NCBI GenBank assembly: GCA_963830365.1
Contig: CAWHMU010000003.1
Coordinates: 1 to 54,322, forward strand
Length of the DNA stretch: 54,322 bases
Source: an uncultured Chlamydiae bacterium
GTDB taxonomy: Bacteria > Chlamydiota > Chlamydiia > Chlamydiales > Parachlamydiaceae
Reading direction: 5' to 3'
The notes beneath the pieces are model-generated. The model had not been told where the DNA came from, did not search any database, and worked only from the letters and a program-made list of their open reading frames with translations. Positions 33,004 to 41,405 of this stretch are shown piece by piece. How positions within the stretch are numbered: the first letter of the stretch is position 1; each line of letters begins with the position of its first letter. A program made the translations under genes and the position numbers.

Positions 33004-34458
33004 GTGTACAAAATGTGTCACGCAATATCAGCTTTTTGGATGCGGGGCCTGGCCTTCGGCTTGCTGCTGCTCGCCATGCAAGCCTGTGTCCTCCATCCGG
33101 CCTACCGGCCGCCGCTGGTCGAAATTCCGTCCACCTGGCGCATTGCGGTTGATGAATCCTCAAGCTATGCCAATGCGGGCTGGTGGCAGCAGTTCAACGA
33201 TCGCGTTCTCGATGCCCTCATTCAGGAAGCTTTAGCAGGCAATATGGATCTTAAGGTTGCCATCGCCCGCGTCTATGAATTTGCCGGCCAGCTGCAGATC
33301 GTGCGTTCAGATCTATATCCTCAGATCAGCGGCAACTTAGGCAGTTTGCGGCAGGAGTCCTCGCTTTTTGTTTTTCCTCCAACAGCAGGCTTCTCACGCA
33401 CCTATGATATCTTTTCCTGCCTGCTCAACGCCTCCTACGATATCGACATCTGGGGCGAGATCCGCAGTGCCAGCGAAGCGTCCTTGGCCGAATTGCTGGG
33501 CTCTGTCGAAGCCCGTCGCGGGGTGGTGCTGACGCTGGTGACTGCCGTAGCCTCCTCCTATATTGAATTAAGGCAGTTCGACCTGCAGCTGGAGATCTCC
33601 AAACAGACGCTGATATCGCGCCAGGAATCTTACCAGCTGGCCATGGCACGCTACTTAGGCGGCCTCACCTCTGAACTCGAAGCCAAACAAGCCGAAGCGC
33701 TGATGGAATCGGCCGCCCTCCAGGTGCTGCAATATGAAATCGCCGTCGCCCAGAAAGAGAACCTATTGAGCGTGCTGCTCGGACACCCTCCTTACGCCAT
33801 CGAACGAGGTCTTGCCTTGGACAGCCTAACCCTTCCCCCAAAAGTGCCGGCCGGCCTGCCTTCAGAACTGCTGCAGCAACGTCCCGATATCTTCAAAGCC
33901 GAAGACGCCCTCATCGCCGCCAATGCCCAAATCGGCGTGGCCAAAGCCCAATTCTTCCCCAGTATTACCCTCACCGGCAACTACGGCAACCAAAGTCTGC
34001 AACTCTCCCGCCTGCTGACCAACCCCGCCGAAACCTGGCAGTTTGCCGCGAGCCTGCTGCAACCTATTTTCACCGGCGGCAGGCTGACAGGCCAACTCGC
34101 CGTGGCCGAAGCCCAGAAAAAAGAGGCCTACTATCTCTACCGACAGACCGTCCTCAATGCCTTCAAAGAGGTCGACGATGCCCTCATCGCCCACCAGAAA
34201 TCCCGCGAACTGCTTATCGTCCAACAACGCCGCGTCGATGCCTACAAAACATCCCTCCACCTCGCCCACCTGCAATACGACAACGGCCAGGTCGACTACC
34301 TAAACGTCCTCGACGCCGAAAGGAATGTCTTCATCTCCCAACTCGATATGGCCGAAAGCCAAAGCTTCACCTTCCTCAGCCTCATCAACCTCTACAAAGC
34401 CCTCGGCGGCGGCTGGGTGGTCGCTGCCGACGGCCAAGCCCTAAATACTGTTGAATGA
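33004..34458 (+). CDS. RND outer membrane factor lipoprotein (OprM/NodT-like)
   Basis: MQAC lipobox; WWQQFND, LPSELLQQRPDI, LYKALGGGW. Confidence 0.95.
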   Translation: MYKMCHAISAFWMRGLAFGLLLLAMQACVLHPAYRPPLVEIPSTWRIAVDESSSYANAGWWQQFNDRVLDALIQEALAGNMDLKVAIARVYEFAGQLQIVRSDLYPQISGNLGSLRQESSLFVFPPTAGFSRTYDIFSCLLNASYDIDIWGEIRSASEASLAELLGSVEARRGVVLTLVTAVASSYIELRQFDLQLEISKQTLISRQESYQLAMARYLGGLTSELEAKQAEALMESAALQVLQYEIAVAQKENLLSVLLGHPPYAIERGLALDSLTLPPKVPAGLPSELLQQRPDIFKAEDALIAANAQIGVAKAQFFPSITLTGNYGNQSLQLSRLLTNPAETWQFAASLLQPIFTGGRLTGQLAVAEAQKKEAYYLYRQTVLNAFKEVDDALIAHQKSRELLIVQQRRVDAYKTSLHLAHLQYDNGQVDYLNVLDAERNVFISQLDMAESQSFTFLSLINLYKALGGGWVVAADGQALNTVE

Positions 34459-34462
34459 GGAA

Positions 34463-34782
34463 ATGGGGGAGGAGCCGAGCTCCTCCCCCATACCCCCTCC
34501 TCGCCAAAGGGCAAAGCCCTCTGGACTCCCTTTTAGTGGGGGTCCTAGTCATAATGTTCTTGTTTGATTCAAGCTTGCCATCCATTCAGCAGTTTGCTGT
34601 CGCAAGCTGCTGAAAGCACTTCCCCCTCATCGCAGCAGAATTTGGGCAAACAGAAAGCCACAAAGGCGGCTTTCTGTTTGCCCAAATTCTGCTGCGATGA
34701 GGAAGAAAGGTTAAGGGAGTCCAGAGGGCATGGCCCTTTGGCGAGGAGGGGTTTGGGGAGGAGCTCTAGCTCCTCCCCAAAT
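34463..34782. repeat. Nested inverted-repeat element between convergent genes
   Basis: Outer ~70-bp IR (GGGGAGGAGC...CCCTCTGGACTCCC and its inverse); inner perfect 35-bp stem 34625-34702. Confidence 0.85.
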
Positions 34783-34784
34783 TG

Positions 34785-35372
34785 CTAGCTGAGGGGTTTT
34801 GGGGTGATGTTGCGGGCGCTTAGCGCGAGCAGTACCCAGAACCAGCCGTAGAAGAGCAGGTCGATGCCGATGAACAGGCCGAATACCCATAGGCCTGTTT
34901 CTGGCCAGCCGGCCCAGATCAGCATGCCGAGGGCGAATTTGATGATACCGCTGAACAGGGCCCAGCCCCACATTTCAAAGCGCATCATCAGGGAGCCGAC
35001 GATGCGGAAGAGGCCGCCCACGATGTAGAAGGCGGCGAGCAGCAGCGTCAGGCTGACGGCGCCGACGGCAGGGTGGATAGTGAGCATGAGGCCGATGACG
35101 GTATAGAGGATGCCGGCCAGCAGGGCGAGGAAGAAGCCGGTCCATTCACGCATCCAGAAGGCGTAGGCGATTTGAAAAATGCCGCCGATCAGCAGCATGG
35201 AGCCAAGTAAAATGACGGAGATCACGGTGACAAAAGCCGAGGTGGCGATGGCGATGGTGCCCAAGGCGATGAAGAGAATGCCTAAGAGCAGGAACCAGCC
35301 CCAGTTGGTGCGCAATTCTTTGAGGTCAAAGAATTGTCTGGAAAAAGCCCGTAGATCGGGAGGATTATTCAT
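34785..35372 (-). CDS. HdeD/DUF308-family membrane protein
   Basis: NWGWFLLLGILFIALG...WPETGLWVFGLFIGIDLLFYGW; six TM segments. Confidence 0.9.
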   Translation of the reverse strand: MNNPPDLRAFSRQFFDLKELRTNWGWFLLLGILFIALGTIAIATSAFVTVISVILLGSMLLIGGIFQIAYAFWMREWTGFFLALLAGILYTVIGLMLTIHPAVGAVSLTLLLAAFYIVGGLFRIVGSLMMRFEMWGWALFSGIIKFALGMLIWAGWPETGLWVFGLFIGIDLLFYGWFWVLLALSARNITPKPLS

Positions 35373-35529
35373 GGGAACTCCTGTAAAAAGTTGGTTAACC
35401 GTATCAAATCATTTATTTGAAATAGATACAATCACAAAGCAGTGCTTCCCGGTTTAATTTCATCCAGCCATCGAAAAGGCAGCGACTGTTGAGTAAAAAG
35501 ATTTGCTAAGTAGCAAGGCTGTGGTCGTC

Positions 35530-36624
35530 TTATTTTAGTTTTGTGGCTTTGGCGGCCAGCAGGCGGACAAACTTTCGGAAAAGGTGGCGGATAAATAGAT
35601 TTCGCTCTTTCATCACCAGCTTTTGTTGGTTGCCGACCTTGACGATGATGGGGATCTCTTTAATGAAGGGGAAAGATTCATTTTTGATAGCTTGAAGGGA
35701 GTGATCGGAATGACTCAAGTTTTTTAGAAATCGATTGATTTCCTGCACGGATTGACAGCCTTGCATCATGGGGAGGTGCGCAGAGAAGTATTTATATGTA
35801 TATTTCTCTTCGTTCCACTCGCTGGGCGGTTCTTGGGCGCTGGCCTTAACTTGTTTCATGAATTGTTTGGTTCCATTGGCAATATTGCAAAAGTCGTGCA
35901 GGGTAAAGACATGGCAAAGCGTGCCGTCGTTTTGGCGTCCCTGTTTCAGGGGATAGACCGTGGCTTGGGGGAAATTTTTACAGACGACTTTGATCAGGTT
36001 TTTTAGCCAATCGATTTCGATTGGTTTTTGTGTGTCAGGGTTTATTTTGATCAGTCCCGTACTGTTGGTGATGGCAATGGTGAATTCATCGGCTGTTTTC
36101 TCAACATAAACAGGGAAAGTGTGTGGAAAGTTTAATTTCCTTCCGGAAAGGCCTTCCGGATCACACTGCTGCACAATGAAGAGGCGCTTTATATCCTTCG
36201 CTTTGGCAACTTCTGTTAGTTCAGCCAGGAAGGCGGCAAATGTCGGGCAGATGGCATACGCTTTCTTATCGCTATTTAGTAATCCCACCTCACTTAAATG
36301 ATCCAAGATCACGGCGATGCCATCGAGACTGAAAAACGTCTGCTTTTTGATTTGTTGGTCAGAAGCTCTTGCCAAATCAATGCCTAGATAGTCCTGTAAG
36401 GTAGGATACATAGTTATCACGGCTTTCAGCGCTAATTCATAGGCATCATCGGAGAATTCATTCACATTGCCGATGGTTTTCATGAAGATATCGATCAAAG
36501 AGGAGCGTTTCGCATCTGTTTCCTCTTTGGCGATGCGGATGATGTCAGCTTGTTGCCGCTTGATTGAAAGTTTCATGTCAATGATTTGGCTATCCAAATC
36601 ACCGGATTTTCTGTTCATTGTCAT
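35530..36624 (-). CDS. Hypothetical protein with CE-clan (YopJ/Ulp1-like) catalytic motif
   Basis: FPHTFPVYV...IAITNSTG...RQNDGTLCHVFTLHD gives His, Asn, Gln and Cys in CE-clan order. Confidence 0.6.
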   Translation of the reverse strand: MTMNRKSGDLDSQIIDMKLSIKRQQADIIRIAKEETDAKRSSLIDIFMKTIGNVNEFSDDAYELALKAVITMYPTLQDYLGIDLARASDQQIKKQTFFSLDGIAVILDHLSEVGLLNSDKKAYAICPTFAAFLAELTEVAKAKDIKRLFIVQQCDPEGLSGRKLNFPHTFPVYVEKTADEFTIAITNSTGLIKINPDTQKPIEIDWLKNLIKVVCKNFPQATVYPLKQGRQNDGTLCHVFTLHDFCNIANGTKQFMKQVKASAQEPPSEWNEEKYTYKYFSAHLPMMQGCQSVQEINRFLKNLSHSDHSLQAIKNESFPFIKEIPIIVKVGNQQKLVMKERNLFIRHLFRKFVRLLAAKATKLK

Positions 36625-37084
36625 TTTCCTGTGGCAGCTCTAATTCATAGAGTTTTTTTTGAGTGTTATCGATGGCCGCGAGCAGGCTGGTCATTTTGTC
36701 GACATTTCTATGGATAGAATCATAAGTCGGTGATGGTAGGGCTTGGCAGAAGTCTAGGTCGAGGTTGAGCAGCTCCATCGATAGCGGAGCCGATGTTGAC
36801 GATTTAAATTCGCTTTCTTCACCGTCACCATCTTTTGCCGGCGTGGGGCGTCCCAAGGCTCTCAGTAGTTGGGGGGCGTACATGGCGTTCTGCCTGGTCA
36901 GCTTGGGAGGCTCTGAGGGCAGGCCTGCGGCATTCAATGTAATGCTTGCAGCCAGGTCGGCGGTTTTTTGGGATGTTGATGAGCAGTTATCGGGGGAGCC
37001 TATGGGGGCGGGGTCGTCAAATTGGCCATTTAGCAGGGGAGTATGGGAACGGTTTCGTTCCAAAAAGCTAGTTGTGCTGTTCAT
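36599..37084 (-). CDS. Hypothetical Ser/Pro-rich protein, possibly the N-terminal part of 35530-36624
   Basis: ATG MNSTTS at 37084; overlaps the next ORF by 26 bp. Confidence 0.55.
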   Translation of the reverse strand: MNSTTSFLERNRSHTPLLNGQFDDPAPIGSPDNCSSTSQKTADLAASITLNAAGLPSEPPKLTRQNAMYAPQLLRALGRPTPAKDGDGEESEFKSSTSAPLSMELLNLDLDFCQALPSPTYDSIHRNVDKMTSLLAAIDNTQKKLYELELPQENDNEQKIR

Positions 37085-37325
37085 AAAGTCGCCTTGGTTT
37101 TTAAACAAGAGTAATTTAAAGCATAAAATCTTGTTACTTAATCTGCAATATCTTGTTATGAAACAGCCGGGGCTTTGGCGCAGTCCAATATGTCAAATTC
37201 TCACTAGATCATGGTATATGGTTGTTAGCCGGAAATAGCGGCGGCAGCATGTAGCCACAGGCGTAAGCCTGTGGTTGTGCCACCAAAGACGCCAAGCCGT
37301 GAATACGGCGGCAGCAGTATAATCA

Positions 37326-38300
37326 GGCTCATCCGGTTTTGTAGGACTCATAATCGGCCATTGGTTTAATTTCGTCCGAAAAAGAAAAAAGAAGAACCCC
37401 TTCCGGGGTTTATATGAGGACATTCTTGTTCCCATACCTGCGGCTCCGCTGCCGCTCCACCTTGGTATGGGCTACAGAATGAGAGAAAAAAGGGCAAAAA
37501 AGATAGCATCCACGCCCTCTTTTTTGTCCTTTTTCTCTCATTCTGTAGCCCGTAGCCAAGGCTCGCGAGCAGCAGCGAAGACGAGCCACAGCTACGGGAA
37601 ACGCAATGTATATGAAGTTAACCCCGGATGAGATAATTGCATAAGTGACAATAAATTTGTTTATAACATAAATTTATTGCCTTTTCCCTAAAAAAACACG
37701 GATTTTTGGGAAAGGTTCAAAAGCAGGTAATACTCAAAAAATTTAAGATGATGGTAGGATGCCAGGAAACATCTTTTTTGCCCTTTTTCTCTCATTATGT
37801 AGCCCACACCAAGGCGGAGGAACGGAGCCGCAGGTGTGGGAAAAAATTGTAAGTGATTAACCAGGGACTGGTTCTTCTTTTTATCTTTGGTCGAGATTAA
37901 ACTTAAAGCCTTTTGAATCAAGAGCAAAAAAAAGAAGAACCAGTCCCTGGTTAGTTTATAATTCTCATTATACCCACACCTGCGGCTTCGTTCCTCCGCC
38001 TTGGTGTGGGCTACATAATGAGAGAAAAAGGGCAAAAAAGATGTTTCTTGGCCATTCTACAATCTTGTTTTTTCGTTAGTGTAACCGACATTTCTCTTTT
38101 TTTAAACCATGCCGATTTTTGAGTATTTTGAGTGTTCTAGGATAGATTCTTTTCGATCCCGGATATGATTGGCTTCCAAAGAATCGCTGTATAACACACA
38201 AAACACTTATGCAATTGCCTCGGATGGGGTTCCTCTTTTTCATTTTTCGGACAAAATTAAACCAATGGCCGATAACGAGTCCTACAAAACCGGATGAGCC
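37326..38300. mobile_element. ISL3-type MITE, family b, 8-bp TSD TATAATCA
   Basis: TIRs GGCTCATCCGGTTTTGTAGGACTC / GAGTCCTACAAAACCGGATGAGCC; TATAATCA at 37318-37325 and 38301-38308. Confidence 0.93.
37630..38221. mobile_element. GAG-type MITE, copy 2, 4-bp TSD GGAT
   Basis: TIRs GAGATAATTGCATAAGTG / CACTTATGCAATTGCCTC; GGAT at 37626-37629 and 38222-38225; REP-B doublet at 37799-38014. Confidence 0.9.
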
Positions 38301-38906
38301 TATAATCATTGCATCTAATTCAGCTTCCATCGAAATTGCTGTCGCCGTATTCATGGCTCTCTTTATACTACAATTTATTCCATAGGTTGACACCTATGGC
38401 TACATGCTTACGCCTCTATCGAGGCTAACTAGACCTTCTGTGCTAGAATGCCGATTTGTTTCAAAGAGAACATTACAAATAGATCATTACTTCTCATATT
38501 TCAACCATCAATGACTAAGGCTTTTTGACGAATCATCGGCGGTATTTTTGCAACTCTCTCATTTGTGCGATGAACCGAATGTTTTCGCCACGAGATGACG
38601 ATGAAGTTTTGTCTGTTTTTATCCTGACCATCCTAAAATCCTGTTCCTTTGTCCTTTTTCCTTTTGCCTTTTGCCTCTTTCCTTTATCTTTTCTGTTGGA
38701 GGCTTTTGCAAAACTGGTAAAACAGCGGGATTTTGAGAGGTTTTTCGATGGGAGGCAAAAAATATAAAGACCGTAAACAGCTAAGTGTTATCTTTTTATG
38801 TTTTTTTCTCCCAGCGAAAAAGATCCAAAAGACCGCCTTTTCCTAAATATTGCAAATGCCTCTTAGCTAGAACTTTTCCGTTACCAATTTCCAAAGAGTG
38901 TGGGTT

Positions 38907-40355
38907 ATGTCTGACAATGCTGCCAATATAAAAATCGCTCCCAATTCCAAAGAGTCGGAAATGATGGTGCTGGGGTGTATGCTGACAAGCATCAATGGTT
39001 TGAATATCGCGGCCGATGCGCTGGATGATGCCGACTTCTACTATACGGAGCATAAAATCGTCTTCCAGGCGCTTAAATCGGCCTACAAGCAGGACAAGCC
39101 GGCCGATGTGCATTTGATTTGCGAGGAGCTGAAGCGCCAGGACAGGCTTAAGTCTGTCGGCGGAGCGGGTTACGTCACCACTTTGGCGCAGTATGCCGGC
39201 ACGTCGGCCTATGTGGAAGAATATGTGTCCATCGTGCGCGAAAAGGCCATCTTGCGCAGTATGATCCATGCCGCCCAGATCGTTGAGAAGAAGGCTCTGA
39301 ACGCGCCTGACAATGTTTTTGATACGCTCGATGAAGCCCAGCAGCTATTCTTTCAGATCAGCCAGGCGGCGCACCCTTCCAATGGCAAGCTGATCAGCGA
39401 GATCCTCTCGGGGGTGAAGGCGGAGTCGGCCACTTCCTTCCTGAAGGAGTTGCAGGAGAGGCAGGAAAGTTTCCAGCTTAAGGGTCCGGAAGATTTAGGC
39501 ATCACCGGCATTGTGAGCCATTTCAAAGACCTCGATAAGATGATCAATGGCTTGAACAACTCCAACCTGATGATTCTGGCCGCCCGTCCGGCCATGGGTA
39601 AGACAGCTTTTGCCCTTAACGTGGCGGAAAATATCTGCTTTAAAAATAATATCCCCGTGGGGGTGTTCTCGCTGGAGATGAGTGCCGACCAGCTGGTGCA
39701 TCGTATCATCTGCTCCCAGTCGGAAGTGCAGTCGGACAAAATAAAATCCGGCAATATCAACGGGGTCGAATTTCAGCGCATCGTAGCGGCCGTCAACCAG
39801 ATGCAAAATAGCGTGATGATCATCGATGACCAGCCGGGTCTTAAGGTCAGCGATTTGCGCGCGCGGGCGCGGCGCATGAAGGAGATTTATGGCATCGGCT
39901 TTCTGGTGATCGACTACCTGCAGTTGATTTCAGGTTCCGGATCGCGTTCCCAGGACAACCGGCAGAGCGAGATTTCAGAGATTTCGCGCATGCTCAAGAA
40001 CTTGGCGCGCGAGCTCAACATCCCGGTGTTATGTCTATCGCAGCTGTCGCGTAAGGTTGAAGAGCGCCCCGGGCACCGTCCGATGATGAGCGATTTAAGG
40101 GAGAGCGGCAGCATCGAGCAGGATAGCGATTTGGTGATGTTCATGCTGCGCCGCGAGTACTATGATCCGATGGATAAGCCCGGCATGGCAGAACTTATCA
40201 TAGCCAAAAACAGGCATGGCGGCATCGGCATAGTGAATCTGACCTACCGCAAGGAAATCGTCCAGTTTGCCGACTACACGCCCATGACCTATGATGGGGG
40301 GTCAGCCGCCCAGGATCGGGAGGCGGAGCAGGCCTTCAGTCATTTCACGCCCTGA
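38907..40355 (+). CDS. dnaB: Replicative DNA helicase DnaB
   Basis: ILAARPAMGKTAFALN, FSLEMS, VIDYLQL, LSQLSR, SDLRESGSIEQDSD, IAKNRHG; no intein. Confidence 0.98.
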   Translation: MSDNAANIKIAPNSKESEMMVLGCMLTSINGLNIAADALDDADFYYTEHKIVFQALKSAYKQDKPADVHLICEELKRQDRLKSVGGAGYVTTLAQYAGTSAYVEEYVSIVREKAILRSMIHAAQIVEKKALNAPDNVFDTLDEAQQLFFQISQAAHPSNGKLISEILSGVKAESATSFLKELQERQESFQLKGPEDLGITGIVSHFKDLDKMINGLNNSNLMILAARPAMGKTAFALNVAENICFKNNIPVGVFSLEMSADQLVHRIICSQSEVQSDKIKSGNINGVEFQRIVAAVNQMQNSVMIIDDQPGLKVSDLRARARRMKEIYGIGFLVIDYLQLISGSGSRSQDNRQSEISEISRMLKNLARELNIPVLCLSQLSRKVEERPGHRPMMSDLRESGSIEQDSDLVMFMLRREYYDPMDKPGMAELIIAKNRHGGIGIVNLTYRKEIVQFADYTPMTYDGGSAAQDREAEQAFSHFTP

Positions 40356-40384
40356 GTAAGTTGGCAACCGTCTTTTTGCAAAAA

Positions 40385-41143
40385 AAAAATTATAACGCCC
40401 CCTTGGGGCTGGATTGTGTTTGTGGCACATCCCACGGTTTGCGTCTTTGACGCTACACCATGGGCTACAAATATTGTCGCTCCGTTGGAGCTTAGCAAAG
40501 CTGTTATAAATTTTGGTTCATCACACAAACGAGTACCTCGTCTTATATAAATTATAGATTCGTTCTTTTAAGCATGGTTGTTAGCCGCGAATAGCGGCGG
40601 CAGCATGTAGCCACAGGCGTAAGCCTGTGGTTGTGCCACCAAAGATACCAAGCCGTGATAACGGCGACAGCAATGACTAAGGATATTATCTGCTATCATA
40701 ACTGTATCGGATTCAACTTCCCTCGAAGTTGCTGTCGCCGTATTCACGGCTCACCTTTTGCTACATTTCATACCATAGGTTGACACCTATGGCTACATGC
40801 TTCCGCCTCTATCGAGGCTAACCAGACCTTCTGTGCTAGAATGTCGATTTGTTTCAAAGAGAACTTTACAAATATATTTTTAATTCTCGTTTTCCAACCA
40901 GCCATTATTGAGTCTTTTTAACGAATCCTCTAGGACAGGTACGCGATTGTGCGATGAACCTAAATTTTTTAGCATTTAAAACACCTCTTACGCCCTTAAC
41001 CTTTAAAAAATAAATTCCGCGAACTTTGGTTGCTGAGCTCCGTAGGAGTGGCCATATTTGTAGCCCATGGTGTAGCGTCGAAGACGCAAATCGTGGGATG
41101 TGCCAAAAAAACAATCCAGCCCCAAAGGGGCGTTATAATTTTT
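40385..41143. repeat. REP-C inverted doublet (~113-bp arms) interrupted by a MITE
   Basis: 40385-40498 is the reverse complement of 41029-41143 with a few mismatches; GTAGCCCATGG motif at 41060. Confidence 0.88.
40515..40960. mobile_element. ISL3-type MITE, family a, 446 bp, 8-bp TSD TAAATTTT, carrying a REP-A REPIN
   Basis: TIRs GGTTCATCACACAAACGAGTACCT / AGGTACGCGATTGTGCGATGAACC; TAAATTTT at 40507-40514 and 40961-40968; REPs at 40607 (+) and 40773-40796 (-). Confidence 0.92.
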
Positions 41144-41304
41144 AAACCTGTTACAAATTGCTAGCTGCCCCCGATCCCTGCGTCAGAACACCGGCTTGGT
41201 GGAATTCCGGTGAACTTGTGCATCTGTGCTTTACATTTTATCTACGATGTTCTAACATCTTCGCTTATTGAAATGGGTAAATAACGCTATTTAATGGAGA
41301 AACT

Positions 41305-41394
41305 ATGTCTTCTGTAAAAAAGAAGCGGCGCTTTAAAATCGCTAAACATAAGCGAAAAAAGCGTAGCCGCCGTGACCGTCATAAGGGTAAATAG
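41305..41394 (+). CDS. 29-aa basic protein, AURKAIP1/COX24 (bS22/mS38-like) family
   Basis: MSSVKKKRRFKIAKHKRKKRSRRDRHKGK; RBS GGAG; 11 bp before mnmG; too short for the ORF track. Confidence 0.88.
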   Translation: MSSVKKKRRFKIAKHKRKKRSRRDRHKGK

Positions 41395-41405
41395 ATCTCA
41401 ATGCC

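Larger units (their letters stand above)
37251..38403. repeat. REP-A REPIN split by nested insertions
   Basis: GTAGCCACAGGCGTAAGCCTGTGG at 37251 (+) and inverted REP at 38380-38403; followed by family-a MITE subterminal sequence and a TIR-like end at 38577. Confidence 0.85.

Noticed and set aside
28757..34275. Numerous antisense and alternate-frame ORFs over the RND operon and other GC-rich genes
   Set aside because: Expected shadow ORFs of GC-rich coding sequence, with no recognisable motifs.
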